Positions 1 through 7,397 of a stretch of DNA of 64,000 bases are shown in pieces (positions within the stretch are counted from its first letter, which is position 1; each line of letters starts with the position of its first letter). The stretch spans positions 3,321,296 through 3,385,295 of the forward strand of contig CP070815.1 in assembly GCA_020344215.1 (NCBI GenBank). Direction: 5' to 3'. The DNA is from Gemmatimonadota bacterium. Lineage in GTDB: Bacteria; Gemmatimonadota; Gemmatimonadetes; Palauibacterales; KS3-K002. The position numbers and the translations under genes were made by a program. The notes under the pieces are model-generated. The model was not told the origin of the DNA. It made no database searches and saw nothing but the letters and a program-made list of their open reading frames with translations.

Positions 1-93
1 CTCAGCGCACCTGAACGCCCGGCGACGTTCGAGCCGCTGGGCGCCGACATGGACTACATCTGCCTCGTCATGCCGCTCCGGCTGATGGAGTAA
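1..93 (+). CDS. 3' end of an unidentified CDS (partial, runs off the window start)
   Basis: Frame 1 is open from base 1 to TAA at 91-93 (..GADMDYICLVMPLRLME*). A hairpin follows at 125-147. Too short to assign a function. Confidence 0.3.
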   Translation, partial: LSAPERPATFEPLGADMDYICLVMPLRLME

Positions 94-124
94 CGCGCGC
101 GCCGCTGCAGCCAGCGTACAGTGA

Positions 125-147
125 AAAGGGGGCTGCACGCCCCCTTT
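125..147. terminator. Bidirectional hairpin terminator between convergent genes
   Basis: Perfect 9-bp stem AAAGGGGGC (125-133) / GCCCCCTTT (139-147) with 5-nt loop TGCAC. There is a T-run after the hairpin on the minus strand and a partial T-run on the plus strand. Confidence 0.6.
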
Positions 148-176
148 CTCGTTCCAGGTTTGCCGCCCCGCGGCGC

Positions 177-1388
177 CTACTCGTAACGCAACGCGACGAT
201 GGGGTCCATGCGGGCGGCGCGCCGCGCGGGGTAGATCCCGAAGAATAGACCGACCGCCGCCGAGAAGCCGAGCGCCAGTACGACCGCGGCTGGCGCCACT
301 GCAGTGTTCCAGTTGGCAAAGTGCGAGAGCCCGAGCGCCGCAGCGGCACCGGCGAACAATCCGAACAGGCCGCCGAACATACAGAGGGTCAGCGCCTCCG
401 CCAGGAACTGGAAGAGGATGTTGCGCCTTGTCGCACCCATGGCTTTGCGGACGCCGATCTCCCGCGTGCGCTCAGTCACCGAGACGAGCATGATGTTCAT
501 GATCCCGATGCCACCCACCATGAGACTCACGAGGGCGATCCCCGCCAGCAGGATGGAGAAGGTTCGGGTGGTCTCCTCGAAGGTGGACATCAAGTCGGCC
601 CGGTTGCGAATGGAGAAGTCGTTCTCGACGCCCGGTGCCAGTCGGTGCTCCCGCCGAATGATCCGCTCGATCTCCACGACCGCCTGGTTCACCAACGCAG
701 GTGAGATGACCTCCAGCGTCAAGGAGGACAACCGATCGCTCCCGCTGATGCGGTAGCGCGCGGTAGAGAGCGGCATAAGGGCCCGGTCGTCGACGCTGTA
801 AAAGCCCCCCTGTTCGCCCGAGCGTGCTAGGACCCCGATGACCTCGAAGGGTATGGCGCGGATCCGGATAGTCTGTCCGACAAGCTGCTCCGGGTAGTCG
901 GTCAGCCGCGCGGCGAGCTGCGAGCCGACGACCGCCACCGTCCTGCGGGCGGCCATGTCCGATTCGCTGATGAAGCGGCCGTATGCCAACTCGACGCCCT
1001 GCACATGGAGGTACTCGGGGACGGTGCCGATAGTCCTGGCACTGACGTTCCGGTTGAGGAGCTCGATCTGGAGCTCCGCGCTGGACTCGGGAACGACCGC
1101 GGAAAGCAGCTGCGCCTCGGACTTGAGGGCCTCGTAGTCGTCAACCTCGAGGAACGCGCCACCGGCGGCCCCGACGCCGCGATGCCAGCGGTGTCCCGAG
1201 GAGACCGTCAGCTGGTTCGTGCCCAGCGACTCGATCTGGTCCTGCACGGCGCGCTGCGCTCCCTCGCCCATGGCTACCACGGTGATCACGGCACCTACGC
1301 CGATGATGATCCCCAGCATCGTGAGGAATGAGCGCATCTTGTTGGCGCGGAGCGCGGAGAGCGCGACCTTGATTGTCTCCCAGATCAT
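177..1388 (-). CDS. MacB-type ABC transporter permease (MacB periplasmic core domain + FtsX TM bundle), no fused ATPase domain
   Basis: The N-terminus MIWETIKVALSALRANKMRSFLTMLGIIIGVGAV is the classic MacB/FtsX-family opening. It is followed by a large periplasmic segment and a C-terminal FtsX-like region (REIGVRKAMGATRRNI). ATG at 1388 is chosen because the upstream gene stops at 1393. About 403 aa, so the permease only. Confidence 0.85.
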   Translation of the reverse strand: MIWETIKVALSALRANKMRSFLTMLGIIIGVGAVITVVAMGEGAQRAVQDQIESLGTNQLTVSSGHRWHRGVGAAGGAFLEVDDYEALKSEAQLLSAVVPESSAELQIELLNRNVSARTIGTVPEYLHVQGVELAYGRFISESDMAARRTVAVVGSQLAARLTDYPEQLVGQTIRIRAIPFEVIGVLARSGEQGGFYSVDDRALMPLSTARYRISGSDRLSSLTLEVISPALVNQAVVEIERIIRREHRLAPGVENDFSIRNRADLMSTFEETTRTFSILLAGIALVSLMVGGIGIMNIMLVSVTERTREIGVRKAMGATRRNILFQFLAEALTLCMFGGLFGLFAGAAAALGLSHFANWNTAVAPAAVVLALGFSAAVGLFFGIYPARRAARMDPIVALRYE

Positions 1389-1392
1389 GCTT

Positions 1393-2829
1393 CTAGCTCC
1401 CTTGTCTCTGCATGCCGGGGACCCCGCTCCCACGGAACCGCTGGAAACGCTCGAGCAACTCGGCCTGGTCCCGCAGTAAGGCCGCAGTCGGCAGCAGGCA
1501 GACCGAGTCCCCCTCCTGCAGACCGGAGATCACCTCGATGCTCTCCCAGTCCGTCACGCCCAATTGCACGGGCACGGGGAAGATCTCGGCATCCCGCAGC
1601 ACGAACACCACACCGGCGGTCGTGCCGCTGTTCGTGCGTTGCGGGCGCTGCCCCGGACCTGCCCCTGGACCCTGACCCTGCATGAACCTTTGGCGCAGCT
1701 CGTCGACCTGCCGCTGCTCCTCCGGCGTTAGCTGCTCGCCGCTGCGGGCCTTCTGCATGAGTTCTCGAATCTGTTCGCGCGTCAGCTCCTGTGGGCCTTG
1801 GCCGTCGGAGCCTGCGGCCGGGCCAAACCGCGCGGCGGCCTCCTGGGGCGTGTTGGCCGCCAGGAGGTTTCCGAACGACGCGCCGTCGATGCCGAGGGCG
1901 AGCTCGGCGACATCGCGGGCGTCGTCGGTCGGATGGACGGCCTGCGTCGGCACGGCGATGACGTTCTCGGCGCCGGCCACCCGGATGGTCACCTCCGCGC
2001 TCATGCCGGGCTTGAGCAGACCTTCCCGGTTCGCGATGCGGATGATCACCGGGAACATCGTGACATTCTGTGTGACCTGTGCCTGCGGCTCGATCTTGAG
2101 GACCCGTCCCTGGAAAGCCCGGTCGCGGTAGGCCTCCACGGAGATGTCGGCGAGCATGTCGGGCTGCACTCGGCCGATGTCGGTCTCGTCGACCAGGGTG
2201 CGCACCTGCACTTCGCTTAGGTCGGCCATAGTCATGAGGAGCGTGCCGCCGCCCACGACCTGGGTCGCCGAGGAGATCACGTTCCCAACCTCGACGGTCC
2301 TGGCGATGATCGTGCCGGAGATCGGCGCGCGGATCGTCGTTTCCGACATCCGCTCCCTGGCGGTCTCCAGAGCCGCCTGCGAGCGGACGAGCTGCGCCCT
2401 GGCGTTCGCATGCTCCAGCTCGGCCTGCTCGAAGTCCTGATCGCTGATGATCTCCTGCTCGCGCATCCGCTGGGCCCGCTCGAGCTGAGACTCGGCGATC
2501 TTGAGCCGCGCCTGGGCCACTTCGAGGTCCGCTTCGGCCTGGGCCAGCCCCTGGCGCGCGTCCACCCGATCGACCTGAACGAGCAACTGGCCTTGCTCGA
2601 CAAGGTCACCGGTCTCGACCGGCAATTGCAGAATCTCACCGGAGGCTTTGGACTTGATCTCCACCGTCGTCACCGGCTCGAGGATGCCCGCGGCCTCCGC
2701 CGAGATGGAGAGCGTCTGCTGCCGGGCGGCCACCACCTGGAACGGGCGGCCCTCTTCCGCCTCCTCGCAGGCCGCGTTGATCAGCGCGAAGATCACCGCA
2801 CCGACCGTCAAGTACCTTCGTGTCTTCAT
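1393..2829 (-). CDS. Efflux transporter periplasmic adaptor subunit (HlyD/MacA-type membrane fusion protein)
   Basis: N-terminal signal/lipobox-like MKTRRYLTVGAVIFALINAAC. Biotinyl-lipoyl-like segment (SGEILQLPVETGDLVEQGQLLVQVD), a long coiled-coil hairpin, then beta-barrel segments. The position directly upstream of the MacB-type permease fits. Confidence 0.85.
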   Translation of the reverse strand: MKTRRYLTVGAVIFALINAACEEAEEGRPFQVVAARQQTLSISAEAAGILEPVTTVEIKSKASGEILQLPVETGDLVEQGQLLVQVDRVDARQGLAQAEADLEVAQARLKIAESQLERAQRMREQEIISDQDFEQAELEHANARAQLVRSQAALETARERMSETTIRAPISGTIIARTVEVGNVISSATQVVGGGTLLMTMADLSEVQVRTLVDETDIGRVQPDMLADISVEAYRDRAFQGRVLKIEPQAQVTQNVTMFPVIIRIANREGLLKPGMSAEVTIRVAGAENVIAVPTQAVHPTDDARDVAELALGIDGASFGNLLAANTPQEAAARFGPAAGSDGQGPQELTREQIRELMQKARSGEQLTPEEQRQVDELRQRFMQGQGPGAGPGQRPQRTNSGTTAGVVFVLRDAEIFPVPVQLGVTDWESIEVISGLQEGDSVCLLPTAALLRDQAELLERFQRFRGSGVPGMQRQGS

Positions 2830-3269
2830 GATCTATCTTGTTCCTCTCGGTTGCCGTTGCCGTGGCGGCGGTCGACTTCCCTCTCGTGGCGCTCACGCTG
2901 TCTCTGGAGCAGGGCGTCGTAGTTGGCCGCCTGCTCTTCCGTCAGCACAGCGCGGATCTCGGCACGCAGCTGCTCTTGCAGCTCTTCGTACCGTGGGCGC
3001 ACCTCGCGCCAGATGCTGGAGATCTGCTCGCGGTACTCCTCCACGACCACCTGGACCTGCGCCTGCTGTTCCTCGTCGAGCTCGAGTTGGGCGGACAGCC
3101 AATCCAAGTAGCTGCGCCTGCGATCGCGGTCGCCGGAGCGCCCGCGCTGCCCGGACGACGCCGTTCGCTCGCCGACCAGCATGCGGTCCACTGCTGCGCC
3201 GGCGACGCCGCCCAGCAGGAGCACGGCGACAAGGAGGGCGAGCGCCCAGGCCTTAGATTTCCCGTTCAT
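2826..3269 (-). CDS. Periplasmic Spy/CpxP/ZraP-like protein (LTxxQ-motif, heavy-metal-resistance-type family)
   Basis: Signal peptide MNGKSKAWALALLVAVLLLGGVAGAA. Helical, Glu/Gln/Arg-rich body with LTEEQ and LDEEQ motifs. 4-nt overlap with the downstream adaptor gene. Confidence 0.55.
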   Translation of the reverse strand: MNGKSKAWALALLVAVLLLGGVAGAAVDRMLVGERTASSGQRGRSGDRDRRRSYLDWLSAQLELDEEQQAQVQVVVEEYREQISSIWREVRPRYEELQEQLRAEIRAVLTEEQAANYDALLQRQRERHEREVDRRHGNGNREEQDRS

Positions 3270-3275
3270 CGGCCT

Positions 3276-3704
3276 TCACCGCTGTTCAACGTTCTCGGGA
3301 ACATCGGCGCCGTTCCCGTTCCTCTCCAGCAAAGCCGCGGCAGCGACGGCCTCGGCGTCCGGCTCCGTCAACGCCACCAGCATCGCCGGCAGCCCATCGC
3401 TCTCGGCGGCCCCACTCAGCACGTCTTCCAGGACGACCGGCTGAGACAGGTCGCCCTGCCAGGCCTGCCACGGCTGGAGCGCGCCTGCGAGTACAGCCAG
3501 CGCGATGCTCGCGGCAACCAATCCCGGCCGGCCCCACGCCGCCAGAACCTCCCACGACGAGGACGTGCGCCGACGCCTGGCCAGCGGCAGCTCGGCGCTG
3601 GCCAAGATGCGCAGCCGCGCCGCGCGCCGTGCGGCGTCGCTGCGCTGCGGCGTCCTGAGCAGTTCGAGCTCATCGATTCGCCGATCGTCATCGGAGTGAA
3701 CCAT
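3276..3704 (-). CDS. Putative single-pass membrane anti-sigma factor
   Basis: Lies immediately downstream of the ECF sigma gene. One hydrophobic span (GLVAASIALAVLAGAL). No recognisable zinc-binding HxxxCxxC motif, so the call rests on position only. Confidence 0.35.
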   Translation of the reverse strand: MVHSDDDRRIDELELLRTPQRSDAARRAARLRILASAELPLARRRRTSSSWEVLAAWGRPGLVAASIALAVLAGALQPWQAWQGDLSQPVVLEDVLSGAAESDGLPAMLVALTEPDAEAVAAAALLERNGNGADVPENVEQR

Positions 3705-3720
3705 CTTCTTACCTCTCTCC

Positions 3721-4290
3721 TCAGGAGCGGGGCTGGTACTCCTTCAAGAAATCCCGCAGCATCCGCCGCGCCCGCGACAGGTGGGAGCGGCAGGTCCCTT
3801 CCGGGATCTCGAGTACGCGAGCGATCTCGGGGTGCGTGAAGCCCTCCAAATCGTGAAGGATCACCACCGTCTCCAACTCAGCCGGCAGCGAGCTCAGGGC
3901 CTCGGCGAGTCGACCGCGCAGCTCGGCCCGTTCCGTGTCGACCGCCGGGCCGCCCGGCGCCGCCGCCGTCAGCGGCACGTCCTCCATCCGCCTGCGGGCC
4001 AGGTACTTCCGCCGGTTAAGGGCGGCGTTGACCAGCAGGCGGTAGAACCACGCTCCGAACGAGCTGCCCGGCTCCAGGGAATCGATCCGCTCCAGCGCGC
4101 GGATGAAGGCGTCGTGCACGAGGTCCTCCGTATCCTCCACGTGCTGGAGGAAGCCGTAGGCGACAGCGAACGCCTGGTCGGCGTACCGTGTTAGGAGAGC
4201 GCCAAACGCCTCACGGTCGCCGCGCCGGACGCGGGCGACAAGCTCGGGCTCATCGCTGACGGGGGGCAGGGCCGCGCTGTCGACGGCCAT
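3721..4290 (-). CDS. ECF-type RNA polymerase sigma factor (sigma-70 family, regions 2 and 4)
   Basis: 189 aa. Region 2 (EDLVHDAFIRALERIDS...FGAWFYRLLVNAALNRRK) and region 4 HTH (HDLEGFTHPEIARVLEIPEGTCRSHLSRARRML). Confidence 0.85.
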   Translation of the reverse strand: MAVDSAALPPVSDEPELVARVRRGDREAFGALLTRYADQAFAVAYGFLQHVEDTEDLVHDAFIRALERIDSLEPGSSFGAWFYRLLVNAALNRRKYLARRRMEDVPLTAAAPGGPAVDTERAELRGRLAEALSSLPAELETVVILHDLEGFTHPEIARVLEIPEGTCRSHLSRARRMLRDFLKEYQPRS

Positions 4291-4389
4291 CGATCCGCCT
4301 TTCTAACACCTGGTGAACCGGGAGCGTTGGGGCATGCCGCCCCGCCGGACAGGTTGGCAACCCTTGAACATTCGTCTAGCTTGAAGGTT

Positions 4390-4671
4390 ATGGCGATGCA
4401 ACCTGCGGGTCACCCCCAAGCTCGAGAGGATGTCTTGTTTCGGCAGGTGGACGACGAGTGGGTTGTGTTCGATCCCGCCGCGAACGAGCTCCACGTCCTG
4501 AACCTCGCTGCCGCCCTCATCTGGAGTCATTGCACAGGCGAGCACGCGCCTGACGAGATCGCCGGGGCTCTCCAGGAAGCGTACGGCATAGAGTTGGAGC
4601 GGGCGGCGGCCGACGTCCAGGCCACACTCGAGCGTTTCCGGGAGGCCGGGCTCCTGCGTCGCGACGGTTAG
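4390..4671 (+). CDS. PqqD-family protein (RiPP recognition element-like peptide chaperone)
   Basis: VLFRQVDDEWVVFDPAANELHVLNLAAALIWSHCTGEHAPDEIAGALQEAYGIELERAAADVQATLERFREAGLL matches the PqqD-family pattern over its full length. ATG at 4390 is preceded by GAAGG. An upstream TTG at 4327 is an alternative start. Confidence 0.75.
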   Translation: MAMQPAGHPQAREDVLFRQVDDEWVVFDPAANELHVLNLAAALIWSHCTGEHAPDEIAGALQEAYGIELERAAADVQATLERFREAGLLRRDG

Positions 4672-4675
4672 CAGG

Positions 4676-5845
4676 ATGTCCACTCTCGACTACCTCAACT
4701 TCCTCGCCGACACCCCGCGGGTCGATGCGTTCCGGCGTGCCATCGAGACGACGGTGTCACCCGGCCAGCTGGTGCTCGATCTCGGCACGGGTATCGGGAC
4801 CTATGCCCTGTTCGCGGCACGGGCCGGTGCACGGGTCCTCGCCGTAGAATCGGATCCAGTGATCGACATCGCTCGTGGGTTGGCGGCCGACAACGGGCTC
4901 GCCGCCCAGATCACCTTCCTGCACGGCCGTACCGAGCGGCTGGAACCGCCTGAGCCGGCCGACGTCCTCGTGTTCGAGGACTTCGCGCCGCACCTCTATC
5001 ATCCAGAGACAGCCAAGGTACTCCTCGATGTTAGGGACCGCTGGCTGAAGCCGGGCGCCAGCTCGATCCCCCGGGCGATCCGGGTCATGGCAGCGCCGGT
5101 CTGCTGCCCGGAGACCTACGCAGCCGTAACACCTTGGCCGGACGATGAGGTGTACGGCTTGGACATCCAGCGCCTTTCGCACGAGTTGCTCAACCGCCTC
5201 CACTCAGCTTCCTGGAGTCGAGAGGTACTACTGGCCGAACCGGCAGAGGTGGCCCGTGTGGACCCGCTGGCGCTGGACTCCCTCGGCCTCGATATCGAGG
5301 CGTGCTGGCGGGTCACGAAGCCGGGCGAGGTTCACGGTCTGGGGCTGTGGATCGACCTCGACCTGGCCGATGGGGTGCTCTACTCCAACGCGCCGGCGGG
5401 TCGTTCGAGCGGGTGGAGCCAACAGCTCCTGCCGCTGGTCGAGCCGCTGGGAGTGCAGGCCGGGGAAGAGGTGCGGGGGCGGATCGCCACGCTGGGCGCG
5501 TCGCCGCGGGATCCGGAGTGGTGGCGCTGGTGGGTGAGCGCCGGGGCAGGGGAGCGGGAGGGGAACACGTTTCGCGGGATTCCGTTGTCGCTGACCCGGC
5601 TGTGCGAGGCGCGGCTGGACCGCAGGCCCAGGCTCACGCCCCGGGGCCACATCCGGCGCGGGGCGCTGGACTTGATGGACGGGAGACGTACTATCAGAGA
5701 GATCGCCCGTGAGCTACTTGCCCGCTTCCCGGAACTAGGCAGTGAGGCGGAGGGGTATAGACTCATGGCCCGGCAGCTTGACGCGGCGCACGCCGAGCTG
5801 GCCCCGGAGCCGCGCGACACATCGCCTGAGGTGAGGTCGGGATGA
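4676..5845 (+). CDS. Class I SAM-dependent methyltransferase with a PRMT-like fold and a C-terminal PqqD/RRE-like domain
   Basis: Motif I VLDLGTGIGTYALFAARAGARVLAVE. ITFLHGRTERLEPPEPADVLVFE resembles the PRMT post-II region. SGWSQQLLPLVEPLGVQAGEEVRGRI parallels the PRMT THW-loop region (THWKQTVFY...GEEI.G.I). The C-terminal RRGALDLMDGRRTIREIARELLARFPELGSEAEGYRLMARQL resembles a PqqD winged helix. Confidence 0.7.
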   Translation: MSTLDYLNFLADTPRVDAFRRAIETTVSPGQLVLDLGTGIGTYALFAARAGARVLAVESDPVIDIARGLAADNGLAAQITFLHGRTERLEPPEPADVLVFEDFAPHLYHPETAKVLLDVRDRWLKPGASSIPRAIRVMAAPVCCPETYAAVTPWPDDEVYGLDIQRLSHELLNRLHSASWSREVLLAEPAEVARVDPLALDSLGLDIEACWRVTKPGEVHGLGLWIDLDLADGVLYSNAPAGRSSGWSQQLLPLVEPLGVQAGEEVRGRIATLGASPRDPEWWRWWVSAGAGEREGNTFRGIPLSLTRLCEARLDRRPRLTPRGHIRRGALDLMDGRRTIREIARELLARFPELGSEAEGYRLMARQLDAAHAELAPEPRDTSPEVRSG

Positions 5846-6078
5846 TGAGCCGACAGGACCCTACCCGGAGAGAATTCCTGCTCAAGCTTGCGCGGGGAGC
5901 TGCCTACACGGCGCCCCTGGTGGCGACGTTCGCTGTGGCGCCCGACCTGCTGGCCCAGGCGGGCTCGCTGCCGGGGCATCACCACACGAATCCCACGTCG
6001 ACGGCGCCGGCGACCGATCAACCGGGCGCGCCAGCCCCGTCGGAGAAGCACCCCCCGCCGAGCACGAAGAAAGAGTAG
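5842..6078 (+). CDS. 78-aa mini-protein with a twin-arginine (Tat) signal and a His/Pro/Thr/Ser-rich tail (candidate modified-peptide precursor)
   Basis: T-R-R-E-F-L-L-K matches the Tat consensus S/T-R-R-x-F-L-K. It is followed by the h-region GAAYTAPLVATFAVAP and an AQA|G cleavage motif. The start ATG overlaps the methyltransferase stop (ATGA at 5842-5845), with GAGGTGAGG upstream. It is a short ORF, so coding status is not proven. Confidence 0.5.
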   Translation: MMSRQDPTRREFLLKLARGAAYTAPLVATFAVAPDLLAQAGSLPGHHHTNPTSTAPATDQPGAPAPSEKHPPPSTKKE

Positions 6079-6090
6079 CCGGACCGGCTT

Positions 6091-6915
6091 GTGTCACCCG
6101 CGTCGATCCTCCACTACAGGTTCCCCGGGAGCCGCCGGACGCTAGGCGTGCGCCTGGAGGCGCCTGGGCTGCTCCCGCTGCTGGCGAGCTTCTACGGCAA
6201 CTACCGCTGCCCTGACCCAGGCGGTCGAGTCGGGTGCACCATCTCCTTGGAGCGAGAGGACGGGTCGTACCGGCTCGTGGGACCGAGCGGCGCTTGGGAG
6301 GCGGCAGACGAAGGCGAAGCGGTCGTGTACTACGAGTCGGAGCTCACCGGGGCCCTGCTCGAGGACGCGACCGCTTTCGTGCACCTGCACGGGGCCGCGG
6401 TTTGCGACGGCTCGCGCTGCCTGCTGCTCGTCGGGCCTTCCGGCGCAGGCAAGTCGACGCTCACCCTCGGACTCCATCTCGGTGGCATGCGTGCTTTGGC
6501 CGACGATGCCCTGCTCATCGACCCGCTGACCGGTGAGGTCCACCCCTTCGATCGCTCGATACGGGTCCACGAGGTGAGCCTCCGCAGCCTCGAGGTCGAC
6601 CCGCGTAAGGTGAGCGGTGCGCGGCTGTGTGGTCCGTACCTCTGGCTCAGCCCCGCGAAGGTGGGGCGCGATGGGGCCGGCTCGCAGCGGCCGGCGGCGC
6701 TGGTGTTCCTCGAAGCTGGCCAGGCGACGTCACTCGAGCGCTTGAGCGCTGCGGAGGTGCTACGGCAGTTGCTGCTAGCGCGACTGGGCGACGCACCGGA
6801 GCGGGATTTCGAGTGCCTGGCTCGAGTGGCGGCAGAAGTCTCGGGCTATCGTCTGGCTTACAGCGATTTCCGGGAGGCGCTGGATGAACTGGCGCGGCTA
6901 CGGGAGAGTCGCTAG
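6091..6915 (+). CDS. HPr kinase/phosphorylase C-terminal-domain-like P-loop kinase (HprK-related)
   Basis: LHGAAVCDGSRCLLLVGPSGAGKSTLTLGLHLGGMRALADDALLID matches the HprK catalytic core (Walker A GxSGxGKS followed by the ..LvaDD motif). GTG start 12 nt after the mini-protein stop. Confidence 0.7.
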   Translation: MSPASILHYRFPGSRRTLGVRLEAPGLLPLLASFYGNYRCPDPGGRVGCTISLEREDGSYRLVGPSGAWEAADEGEAVVYYESELTGALLEDATAFVHLHGAAVCDGSRCLLLVGPSGAGKSTLTLGLHLGGMRALADDALLIDPLTGEVHPFDRSIRVHEVSLRSLEVDPRKVSGARLCGPYLWLSPAKVGRDGAGSQRPAALVFLEAGQATSLERLSAAEVLRQLLLARLGDAPERDFECLARVAAEVSGYRLAYSDFREALDELARLRESR

Positions 6916-7382
6916 CCGTCTGGGTCCGCTCCGTAGACGTCCGACCAGAGATCCCGATCTTCTTGCACCCGCACCTGGTGGACCCTGACGCCGGCCGGTA
7001 GCCGCGGGCCGACCTTGCGCAGGATGTGGGCGGCCAGGTTCTCGGTGGTCGGCAGGTCGCGTCCCGGGCTGAATTCCTCGACGGCGGAATTGATGTGCCG
7101 GTTGTGAAGGCGGCGCACGACCTCCTCGTCCAAGAGGCGATCGAGCTGCGGAAGGTCCATGACCATGCCGGTCTCGGGATCGATGGGCCCGGCGACCGTC
7201 ACCTCGCAGCGGTAGTTGTGCCCATGCCCCTCGGCAAGGGCAGCCTCGCCGAACCGGCGCCGGTTCTCGTCCGCGCTCCACTCGGGTCGGTAGTAGCGGT
7301 GCGAGGCCGAGAAGTGGACAGCGCGAGTCAGGTAGCCGGTCGTCATGCTCGCCTCAGGGTTGGTGGGTTTCGCGTGGCTCAC
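6912..7382 (-). CDS. queD: 6-carboxy-5,6,7,8-tetrahydropterin synthase / 6-pyruvoyl-tetrahydropterin synthase family
   Basis: FSASHRYYRPEWSADENRRRFGEAALAEGHGHNYRCEVTVAGPIDPETGMVMDL is typical of the PTPS/QueD family. An alternative start lies at 7346 (MTTGYL). Confidence 0.85.
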   Translation of the reverse strand: MSHAKPTNPEASMTTGYLTRAVHFSASHRYYRPEWSADENRRRFGEAALAEGHGHNYRCEVTVAGPIDPETGMVMDLPQLDRLLDEEVVRRLHNRHINSAVEEFSPGRDLPTTENLAAHILRKVGPRLPAGVRVHQVRVQEDRDLWSDVYGADPDG

Positions 7383-7397
7383 CTAACTTAGACGCTG

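Noticed and set aside
2838-3839. 333-aa plus-strand ORF
   Set aside because: Antisense across three tightly packed minus-strand genes (Spy-like, anti-sigma, ECF sigma). A shadow ORF.
4291-4389. ECF-type promoter motifs in the divergent spacer (e.g. AGGTTG-N16-CGTCTA on the plus strand)
   Set aside because: The match to GGAAC/CGTC-type consensus is too weak to call by eye without a regulon-wide motif. It is mentioned only as something to test.
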